A stretch of 64,000 nucleotides of DNA, taken from the NCBI GenBank assembly GCA_000004985.1, contig GG738900.1. One strand, 5' to 3'. The notes beneath the pieces were generated by a model. That model was not told the origin of the DNA. It saw only the letters and a list, made by a program, of their open reading frames with translations, and did no database searches. The stretch is from Naegleria gruberi (Eukaryota). Below are positions 32,687-41,390 of the stretch, one piece after another. Made by a program: the position numbers and the translations under genes. Each line of letters opens with the position of its first letter. Within the stretch, counting starts at the first letter, position 1.

Positions 32687-32945
32687 ATATATTGGATCTC
32701 AATCTCTAATTTTTTGAGAAGATATTTTTAAGGGGTATTAATCAGTTTTTTCATATTATAATAATAGTAGGACGATATTTAAATGTATTAGATATTGATT
32801 GTAATATTTCGATCAATTTTCCAATTGTTTAGCCATTAATCTTCCAACTAAAGACATTTTGAAATTTGGTCACCCAATTTGGAAGGAATCTTTGTGAGAA
32901 TTTACTTGGGTTGACCTGTCAGTGGCATTAGATAAATCAAAAAAA

Positions 32946-35011
32946 ATGGTCTTCTCATCCAAGATATCCATCACTGGTTTAGGCGCTCCATCACTCACAG
33001 AAATACCAATCAACCGATGGACGACAGAGAATGTAAAACAATGGCTTTCGGAAGAAGGTCTCGATAAGAAAGTGGTAAAAGGTAAATTAATAATTTTTAA
33101 CTATTCGAAACAATTTATTCTAATTTTAACTATTCGAAAGTATTTAAAAAGAAGAATGTTACAGGTGCCATGCTCATCGATCAAAGTCAAAGTGATTTGT
33201 CGACACTTGGCGTGCCTGACAAGTATTGTGAAGCAGTTTATCATAAAATCCAACAAGTTAAACATCGACAAGTAAAATCAGGAATTTTACTTCCACCAGA
33301 AAGTGGCATGACCATTGTACAGAAACCAACATCTTCAGAATCAAACTTTGGAGATCGATTGACCATTTCAGGAGCAAGTACTGAAATAATTATCACACCA
33401 TCATCGTCAGCTCAAGAAGTTTATGATGATGAAGGAGTAGCCAAGACACCTCCTAGAAAGACAACCACCACCAGTAGTGCCATTAATATTAATAGACAAG
33501 GGATGGCAGGAGGAGATGAACAATTGGTGGATAATACATATTTTAAGAAGAGTACATTTGATGAAATTCATTCATTTTTGCAAGAACATGATAGAGCAAG
33601 GGAGATGGAACCACTTACACCTGAAAAGAAAAAACCGATTGATGTGGTGTTTGATGAGACCAAGTTTAAAAAGGAATATTTGATTAGTGACTCGGATTTA
33701 AAGCAATTGACGTTTGGCAAGGACCAAACAGTTCAAGAAATGGAGAATGAACAAAAATTTATTCTGGATTTGGAAACTGGATTGTTAGTGTTGAAAGCTA
33801 GTAAGAAGGAAAGATGTAAAGATATTCCATTGTGGACGAATGAGTTTTCTGAAAAGCAAACCGAAAGTATGTAGTTTATTGAATTTTATTCGAAACTTGC
33901 AAGTGTTTGCATTCTGCCATAAAAAGTTGGAATTTTTAATCCCAAGAATTGGAGAGGATAAAGTGACAACCATTGTTCAAGATTTGATATTCCCTGAAAG
34001 ATTCAGATACAAGTACCTGAATCCTCTTAAAATGCAAAAAGCAAAGAGAGGATCAATCTTTGGAGAAGATCCATGCACTCTGAAAGTGAAATTGGTGATT
34101 GCAGAAATTAGTGATGGAACTGTTCATGCAAGAGTGAGAAAATTTGGTGGTGCTCATGCAGATCCAGCTCGTCAATATGGAGTTGTAAGTCTTTCTAATT
34201 TGTTTTTATTTGAAAAATGATTAATGTTTAATTGTAATTTATCATCGAAACTATTCCAATATAATAGTATTCAAGTGGATTAATGTTTGGACCTTGGTAT
34301 ATTGCATGGGATGAGAATTCAATTGCCACTGTGAGAAATGCTCTTCCAAAGGCAGCCATCTCTCTCAATCTTACTACTATAAAGGGAAAGCATAATGTTG
34401 GACATTTGCTTGGAAAATTGTGTTCTATCACTTCTCACTACAATTACTCCAAGACTTTTGATTTTAAGTCATGTAATTCTCAGACATTTGTTGAGAGTGT
34501 CATTTCATATTTGGAATTGAAGAATGAATATGAAGAATCCATACCTAAGGGACCAGTCAGAAATTTACTTGGAGTTATTAGAAAGAAGGGAGTTGCTGGA
34601 ATGCACTATTCTGTTGAACATGATGAGAAGATGCTTTTAGTTTCAACAGATTGCAATACTGATTTGAAAATGGAAGTTTTATCCAAGACGAGTATAACAT
34701 TCTCTTCACATTCAGATTTGGATGAATTTGTATTGTGTGTTAATCATGCCAATCCAGAATATTTCAAAACTGAACCAGGCTTACAAAATTTACAATTACT
34801 TTGTTTATTTGATCAATCATTCTCTGGCTCAAATGTTCACAATAGAGACAAGCCTTTTGCTTATAAGACACCTTTTGGAGAGGAAGTAAAATGTCCTTTC
34901 AGAGCTTTCGGTTTCTGCAAGCACCAATACGAAACCTTTCAACCAAAGAAGGGAATTGACTATGATTTCTACTCATTGGAGTGGCCACAACCTGTTTTCA
35001 AAAAGAAATAA
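32946..35011 (+). CDS. SAM-domain protein, multi-exon; C-terminal Cys/His-containing globular domain of unknown family
   Basis: Exon 1 is 32946..33081 (…WTTENVKQWLSEEGLDKKVVK-G) and exon 2 is 33165..33866, separated by an 83-nt intron (GTAAAT…TTACAG, phase 1). Together they rebuild a SAM domain (WLSEEGLDKKVVKGAMLIDQSQSDLSTLGVPDKYCEAVYHKI). Exon 2 ends at a GTATGT donor (33867, phase 1). The last two exons, …33xxx..34184 and 34268..35011, are joined by an 83-nt intron (GTAAGT…AATAG, phase 0). The acceptor of exon 3 is unresolved; the phase-1 candidates are at 33904, 33955, 33964 and 33982. Whether all exons are one gene is inference. Confidence 0.45.
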
Positions 35012-35023
35012 ATCATCATTTTC

Positions 35024-36523
35024 TTATTTTTCATACAGTGGAATGTTTTGGTGTTTGCTGAAATGGCCTGTTGGCTTGAATATCTTAGTTTCATGTGTTT
35101 TGCCTTCCAATTTCAATTTAGATGCTTTGGCTCTTTGAATTTCCTCAATTTCGTGTTTACAATCAAAGGCCTTATCCTTATTGTCATGTAAGATATTGTA
35201 AGTAACCTCGTGCCAAACTCTTCTTGATTCGTATTCTTTTTGTTCATGGAGTGGCTTTACTACAAGCTCATTAGAGAATGGCAATGATTTGCAAAATGCT
35301 GCCTCAAAGAATGGCAAGTCTGATTTGAAAATCAATGGCAATAAAGTGGAAGGATACAGGTCAGAGCTGTTACCTTTGGTAATATTAATCTTTCCACAAA
35401 TATTTCCTTTGAGATTGAGCAATGTTTTGCCCTTTCTATCAGTCAAGCTTCCCGACACATCATTTCCACTTCCAAAATTCAATTTGACAGTAAGGCCTGA
35501 CTTTTTACACTTCACCTTGAGATACTCTCCATTTGTAATGGTAGAAGAACCCCAGAACAGACCATTGGCATACACATGAGGCAATGTAAAGTCGTATTCT
35601 TCAGTTTCTCCATTTTTCAAATCGACTTGAAGTAAATGCTTTCCAGCAATATTCAAATCAACATAATTCATCTTGAGTTTGGCCAGAATTTGGAAAGTTG
35701 ATTTCATGGACCAACCACACTTTTCATTTTCCATCAAGAAGGCACTAATTGGAGGATGGTGCGAAACTTGTTCTGCTGTAACCTTGGTCTTGCATTCTTT
35801 GAGCATTTCTTGCATTCTTTCTTGGTCTTGTGAAGTTTGATTGGAGAGCCAATTTTCCAACCACATGGCTGTTTTCTTTTCTCCTGATTTTTCCTCTTGT
35901 TGTTGTTCATTGACTGAAGAATGCCACTCTGCATGAAACTCCTCTCCAAGAATTGGATTGTATGGTTTTAAACCTTCAAAGCTATCTCCAAAAGTATTTG
36001 AACACGAAATGAGTGAAAAGAGTAAGCAACATAACATTCTATCTAGCTCACTATCCATTTCCCTCAACACCTTCAAAGCCAGTGTTGGTTCTGTATAGTA
36101 GGTATACAATTCAAGTGTTGAAATTGGTCTCATAATGAAAATAGGTGAACACATTCTCAAAAGGTCAACCTGAGGTTGTAACTGTTTGATAAATTGCCAC
36201 AGAATTGACGAAGACGACGAATCATTACTCTTCATCTTGTGAATCATTCCCCGATGAGAAAAGTCAGGGTGATGATAAATGTCATCTTGTCGTCCCTCAA
36301 AGGAACCATCATCATCAGACGATGATACCATCGAAGATCTATCATCACCATTCGATTCTACCAATGATGAACAGGCACTTGTTCCATTATTGGTGTGTAT
36401 ACTATTAGTATTGTTGTTATTGTTGATTATCTTTTGGAGTTCCTCTTCATTAACACTACTACTATTGTTGTTGTTATTAATACTCTTATCGTCTTCCAAC
36501 ATTGTATTTGAAGCCATCATCAT
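35024..36523 (-). CDS. Oxysterol-binding protein (OSBP/ORP) family protein, short form without PH domain
   Basis: ORF 35024..36526; GTG is followed by three ATGs, so the start is taken at ATG 36523. It contains the OSBP fingerprint EQVSHHPPISAF plus surrounding ORD-domain sequence (…PILGEEFHAEW…KCKKSGLTVKLNF…). The N-terminus is N/S-rich. Confidence 0.8.
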   Translation of the reverse strand: MMMASNTMLEDDKSINNNNNSSSVNEEELQKIINNNNNTNSIHTNNGTSACSSLVESNGDDRSSMVSSSDDDGSFEGRQDDIYHHPDFSHRGMIHKMKSNDSSSSSILWQFIKQLQPQVDLLRMCSPIFIMRPISTLELYTYYTEPTLALKVLREMDSELDRMLCCLLFSLISCSNTFGDSFEGLKPYNPILGEEFHAEWHSSVNEQQQEEKSGEKKTAMWLENWLSNQTSQDQERMQEMLKECKTKVTAEQVSHHPPISAFLMENEKCGWSMKSTFQILAKLKMNYVDLNIAGKHLLQVDLKNGETEEYDFTLPHVYANGLFWGSSTITNGEYLKVKCKKSGLTVKLNFGSGNDVSGSLTDRKGKTLLNLKGNICGKINITKGNSSDLYPSTLLPLIFKSDLPFFEAAFCKSLPFSNELVVKPLHEQKEYESRRVWHEVTYNILHDNKDKAFDCKHEIEEIQRAKASKLKLEGKTHETKIFKPTGHFSKHQNIPLYEK

Positions 36524-36994
36524 CACGAAGAAGTTAAATTATTATTATTTGGGTAATATAAATTCTTCAAGTTGGAATACTGTCTGTTTTTTTCTGATTA
36601 TGTAATCACCAAGGATTTCCAACCTCAACTACTTGAGAACCACAACAAGATACCATCACAAGAATCACCTCATGACTTGAGATTTTAATGTGGACATTCG
36701 CAGTTGTCTCTCCTTGTTTTCATGTTCAAGTTGTGTAATGGATTTTTTTTAAGCTTTAAAATTTACTGGTTTTTGGGCGCCAATCGCAACAAGCGCATGA
36801 ATTTATAGTTGAGCTAAGTTGAATTTCTTTGAGATCAATTGAAAATTTGAATACAACAAAACCAAAGTGAAAGGCTTGATCTATTTGAAAAACCAAATTA
36901 AGCTTTTTTTGTTTTTCAATGAATTTCAAATTTTAAATTGCAAAATTCTCTATCAATTACCACAAGAAATTCTTCAGTAATTACAAACAAAAAA

Positions 36995-38058
36995 ATGCTC
37001 AATCAATTACCACAAGAAATTCTTCTCAAGATTTTGGAGTACGAATATGAGCAAGTTCCTTCCCGAATATTTTTGAAAACATCAAATCACAAAATAATCA
37101 AATTCCGATGGATAGGAGGAAATTATTTAATAATGTTAATTTATTTAATAATTTGGAATTTACTTGTAAATATATTAGGAATGTTGTAAATATTGATCAA
37201 GAATTTTGGAAGGAATTAGTCATGCATTTGATTGTAAATTATTTTGTGTTTGGATCAGAGTTGGATTTGATTAGGATGGAAATTCAAAAATTGATTCCGA
37301 ACAAATCAATTTCTTTCAAGAGACTATTTGCTATATTGAACATGTATAGGAAACAGATGAGAACCAAGTTTTTAAAAAGGAGCAAACAAAGTAAGAATCG
37401 AGATGTGGTCAAAACTAGGAAAATTCTATTGCTTGGTATTGGTGGTGTTGGAAAATCGACAATTTGTTTTACCTATTCACAGAGAACAACAGATCAAACA
37501 CTATTTGATCCTACAATAGAAGATGCATTTAGGAGAACTATTTCATTGAATGGAAAGCAAGTAACTATGGAGTTAATTGATGCCATGTTTGGATGTGATG
37601 ATTTTTCATTTTCAACACTGATTAAAAAACAGGCAATAATAGATGCTGATGGAATAATGCTTGTCTGCTCTGTGAATGATAGGAACAGTTTTGAATATTG
37701 TGAAACGGAATTGGATTTTATTCTTTCAGCAAAGAATTTTCTTAATATACCAATCGCGTTTGTGATAAACAAGATTGACTTGGTGAATAATAACTCAAAC
37801 AGACGAGAGGTGGCATTTAATGAATCTAAAGCCCTTTTAGAATCTAAAGGTTTTGTAAATTATTCCATCTTTGAATCAAGTGCTTTGAAATTTGTAAATA
37901 TTGATGAAGCTTTTGAGGATTTGGCAAGAAAATGTGATAGAATTACTGAAGTCGATACACTTGCTCTGGTTAGGAAGATCATCAAGAAAGATTCCAAGGT
38001 ACTGATTGAAGATTTTGAAGGTTCTGAAAGCTCTCAAAACTCTTGCAACCTAATGTAA
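36995..38058 (+). CDS. Ras-superfamily small GTPase with N-terminal F-box-like region (5' structure unresolved)
   Basis: ORF 37108..38058 carries G1 GIGGVGKST, G2 DPTIED, G4 NKID and a degenerate G3 (LIDAMFGCDD). Its N-terminal part, …LEFTCKYIRNVVNIDQEFWKEL, looks like the second half of an F-box. The first half (MLNQLPQEILLKILEYEYEQ, ATG at 36995) lies in a different frame in ORF 36938..37189. An intron or frameshift of length 2 mod 3 would be needed to join them, and none is phase-compatible by my checks. A 23-bp direct repeat (36953..36975 and 37003..37025) duplicates the start region. Confidence 0.55.
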
Positions 38059-38120
38059 ACATTATTTTCATTTATTTAGAATAAGAATGAAATACAAGGG
38101 TGTACCCCAATGGTAGAGTA

Positions 38121-39317
38121 TTAGAATAAGAATGAAATTAAAACAAGCAAGCAAACAATTAGGAAAGAAGCTTGCTTAATATTGGAGGAACCACTTGTTT
38201 TAACAGCTCTTCCACTGCATTGAGTTGCTTTTTGATTGACAACAGTCAATTCATTTCCATTTCTTGTCAAGATGAAAGGATTGTTAAAGATTATTGCACT
38301 CAAAGTGGTGTCAGAATTAATGTTTGAAACTTGAGCAGACATGCTTGTTGAAGAGCCACATTGACCATTCACTGGACCAGTCAAAAAGACAGTATTAGTG
38401 TTGGACTTGGTGACAGAAACACTTCCTGTCAAACAACAACATGAATTGACATCGCATGTGTCTTGAACTTTCCATGTGCCAACCCAAGCAGATGTATAAT
38501 CCACTGGGTTAGATCCAGTTTGAACATCAACACCACGACTTTGTGAATAGGTATTTCCACCAGTAGTGTAGGTTGCTTTCAATTTAGCTGAAACTGAGGA
38601 TGAAACTGTGATAGAATTTGAGAATGTAGCAACACCATTAGAAGTTGTTGCAGTTGTTGAACCTCCCAGTGTACCACTTCCTTCCCAACTCAAAGAAATA
38701 CTTTCTCCAGAAGTAGAAACTGTGTTTCCACTGGTGTCAAGTAATCTGACTGTTGTGGTGAAGGTTTGACCGCTGTTAACAGTTGTTGGAGCAGAAAGAT
38801 CCAAACCAACAACAGTACCTGTAGGAGTAGTACAACCATAAGAAACACTATACTTCAATGGACAACTCATGATTGCGTTGGTGCACTCAACAAAAAATTT
38901 GGCATTTTGTTGATCTAATCTGTATGTACCAGCATAAACGCAAGTAACAGAGCTTGCTGAAGAAGGACCATTGTAGTAACTGAAAGGAAGACCTTGTTTA
39001 TATTTTTCAAAATCAGCTTCAGAAACAGTGTAGTATTTGAAGGAGCTTCCATCAGTTGACTGAACATTAACGCTATAGGAAGATACAACTTGGCCGGTAG
39101 GACAGGTTAGAGAGAAACTAGTATAGGCATGGGCAGCAACACTTTGAGGACAAGTGCCACCCCCACATGTACATGCAATACATGAGCAGCTTTGTCTTGG
39201 GCTTCTGAACAAGTTTTGTTCCACAGCCTTGAGAGAAAGTTGAGAAGAAACTTGTTGAGCACAAGCCATTAATACAAAAAGCATAATAGCAGCTAGAATA
39301 GATTTGGTGTGAAACAT
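38121..39317 (-). CDS. Secreted Cys-rich, Ser/Thr-rich surface glycoprotein with hydrophobic C-terminus (GPI-anchor-like), paralog A
   Basis: ORF 38121..39338 starts at GTG, and the ATG at 39317 gives the signal peptide MFHTKSILAAIMLFVLMACAQQ. A Cys-rich N-module precedes S/T-rich stretches. The conserved C-terminal domain is …DYTSAWVGTWKVQDTCDVNSCCCLTGSVSVTKSNTN…GQCGSSTSMSAQVSNINSDTTLSAIIFNNPF…TRNGNELTVVNQ…CSGRAVKTS… followed by a hydrophobic tail. Confidence 0.6.
   Translation of the reverse strand: MFHTKSILAAIMLFVLMACAQQVSSQLSLKAVEQNLFRSPRQSCSCIACTCGGGTCPQSVAAHAYTSFSLTCPTGQVVSSYSVNVQSTDGSSFKYYTVSEADFEKYKQGLPFSYYNGPSSASSVTCVYAGTYRLDQQNAKFFVECTNAIMSCPLKYSVSYGCTTPTGTVVGLDLSAPTTVNSGQTFTTTVRLLDTSGNTVSTSGESISLSWEGSGTLGGSTTATTSNGVATFSNSITVSSSVSAKLKATYTTGGNTYSQSRGVDVQTGSNPVDYTSAWVGTWKVQDTCDVNSCCCLTGSVSVTKSNTNTVFLTGPVNGQCGSSTSMSAQVSNINSDTTLSAIIFNNPFILTRNGNELTVVNQKATQCSGRAVKTSGSSNIKQASFLIVCLLVLISFLF
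38181..38520. repeat. Near-identical (about 97%) 0.33-kb tract shared with 39681..40020 (3' coding halves of the two tandem paralogs)
   Basis: Direct comparison of the two stretches shows only scattered substitutions. This is consistent with a recent tandem duplication or gene conversion. Confidence 0.7.
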
Positions 39318-39372
39318 TTTTTTGTCAATGAGAGTCACTGTTCAGTTTTACTAGCTGTCACTTAATACCTTT

Positions 39373-39408
39373 TGGGAATTCATAACTTACAATGACAGGA
39401 CCAATCAA
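39373..39408 (-). promoter_or_regulatory. Conserved 36-bp upstream element GGGAATTCA[T/A]AA[C/G]TTACAATGACAGGACCAATCAA (plus-strand reading), copy 1
   Basis: The same element occurs at 40447..40482. Both copies lie 56-91 bp upstream of the ATGs of paralogs A and B with the same spacing. Read on the gene strand it contains TTGATTGG, a CCAAT-box complement. Confidence 0.4.
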
Positions 39409-39620
39409 ATTCAACTGACGTACCATTTACAATGAAACGCAGAGTCCAAAAAGAAGAGAAAGTGTCAATCCATTGTAAAAGCGTCCTACTCTAGAATTTC
39501 CAAATGTGTAGTTAACCAAGTTATGTACCAAAAGAATTTAGCCACATTATTGTGAGATGCATTATTTTCAAGATTCAATAGTTTTGTGAATAACTTGTCA
39601 AGCTTTTATTGTTAAACATG

Positions 39621-40391
39621 TTAAACGAAGAGGAGAGAAATCACAACAAGCAAACAAATCAAGAAGGAAGACTTTGTGGTGAGAGAAGTATCACTTGTTT
39701 TAACAGCTCTTCCACTGCATTGAGTTGCTCTTTGATTGACAACAGTCAATTCATTTCCATTTCTTGTCAAGACGAAAGGATTGTTAAAGATTATTGCACT
39801 CAAAGTAGTGTCAGAATTAATGTTTGAAACTTGAGCAGACATGCTTGTTGAAGAGCCGCATTGACCCTTCACTGGACCAGTCAAAAAGACAGCATTGGTA
39901 TTTGACTTGGTGACAGAAACACTTCCTGTCAAACAACAACATGAATTGACATCACATGTGTCTTGAACTTTCCATGTGCCAACCCAAGCAGATGTATAAT
40001 CACCTGATGGATTATTAGAACCAATTTGGACATCAACACTGAGAGATTGTGAATAGGTTGATCCACCAGAAGTATAGGTTGCTTTCAACATGCCAGAAGT
40101 AGCAGCTGAAACTGTGATGGAAACTGAGAAGGCAGCAACACCATTAGAGAATGAAGCAACCGTTGAGCCACCCAAAGTACCACTTCCTTCCCAACTCAAA
40201 ACAACAGAACCAGAAGCTGCCATGGTGTTTCCACTAGAATCTAACATTTTGGCACTTGCAGAGAAAGTTTGGCCACTAGTAACAGTGTTTGGAACTGTCA
40301 AGCTCAAAAAAGCCAATGTGGCAGCTTGGCAGGTGCCAACAAAAGCGAGCAATGCGAGTATGACAACAAGGAATTGTTTAGTATTGAACAT
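39621..40391 (-). CDS. Secreted Ser/Thr-rich surface glycoprotein, paralog B (shorter; lacks N-terminal Cys module)
   Basis: ORF 39621..40391 with ATG at 40391 and signal peptide MFNTKQFLVVILALLAFVGTCQA. It has the same C-terminal domain as paralog A; DNA is about 97% identical over roughly 330 bp. It also ends in a hydrophobic tail. Confidence 0.6.
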   Translation of the reverse strand: MFNTKQFLVVILALLAFVGTCQAATLAFLSLTVPNTVTSGQTFSASAKMLDSSGNTMAASGSVVLSWEGSGTLGGSTVASFSNGVAAFSVSITVSAATSGMLKATYTSGGSTYSQSLSVDVQIGSNNPSGDYTSAWVGTWKVQDTCDVNSCCCLTGSVSVTKSNTNAVFLTGPVKGQCGSSTSMSAQVSNINSDTTLSAIIFNNPFVLTRNGNELTVVNQRATQCSGRAVKTSDTSLTTKSSFLICLLVVISLLFV

Positions 40392-40446
40392 TTTTTTGAA
40401 TGATAATTAGAATTAGTTACATTCGTCAATGACGTTTCATACACGA

Positions 40447-40482
40447 AGGGAATTCAAAAGTTACAATGACAGGACCAATCAA
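40447..40482 (-). promoter_or_regulatory. Conserved 36-bp upstream element, copy 2 (see 39373..39408)
   Basis: Identical to copy 1 over 34 of 36 positions, with the same distance to the start codon. Confidence 0.4.
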
Positions 40483-41390
40483 GTGCTACCATTTGTGTAT
40501 TTTACAATAGAAGAGGTAGAAAGGTATCCTCCTAGCCAGCTGAAGGTAGTCACCAGTTTTTAATTGTTTCGACCTAACGATTTTGTTTACTGTAATCATT
40601 TTCTGATGTTATATTATATTCAAGTTAACCATAAACAATGAAGTTAACTAATTCCGAAAGAAACTAGATCATACGACTCATCTGCAAATATTCAATTTTT
40701 CGTTATTAAGGGAGGTTTTATTGTTGAGCCTTTCGCCTCCCTTATTGCTTAAATCTTTCCTTTTATGAATTGTAAACGGAGAGGATTAATAATATGGCAA
40801 TAGATTGTGCTCATGGGTCTTCGTAAAAACAACCCTCCACTACAACTATTATCTAAACACTACCAATGCAAATCAGTCAAATCAATCTCAGTGAGATACC
40901 CTTTTTGCAAGTTTATATTAAAAAACAAGAAAAGCGAAGCAATATGAATATTATATCTGTTCTAAATTTGTTTGTTGTGTTCATTGTGTTTGACTACCTG
41001 TCCATCATGCTCAACATGAACCTCTGCATCTGAGAGCGTTTCTTGATGATTTACAAACAGAGTATAATAAATTAACTTTCTGTTGATTGTTGTAGAAAGA
41101 TCCCAACCATGACCACTGTTTGGAATTCTTCCATCTAACAAAGAATTGGTGGCAACAACAACTAACGGAGCTACCCTTTCTGGATTTGGTTGTGGAACAA
41201 ACTTATTGCGTTAACTCTACATAATATTAGTATTTACATGTAGACAAGTTATAATTATGTTTTTGTAATAAGTACTGAACCACTTTTCCAGCCAATATCG
41301 TACACAAGTTTCACTAGACTTGTTTGGCAACAATATCGGAATAAACCTGTCCTCTCTCCAACGAATATGTCACTAGTCATTTGAAAAAAA

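Noticed and set aside
33867-33903. 37-nt GTATGT…GCAAG intron in the SAM-domain gene
   Set aside because: It is phase-compatible but shorter than any confirmed intron here. Longer alternatives with acceptors at 33955, 33964 and 33982 are kept open instead.
40965-41210. 82-codon open frame on the minus strand (…GRIPNSGHGWDLSTTINRKLIYYTLFVNHQETLSDAEVHVEHDGQVVKHNEHNKQI*) in the spacer upstream of DOCK
   Set aside because: It has no start codon and no room for upstream exons (DOCK begins 180 bp away). No family is recognised. It may be a chance ORF or a gene relic.
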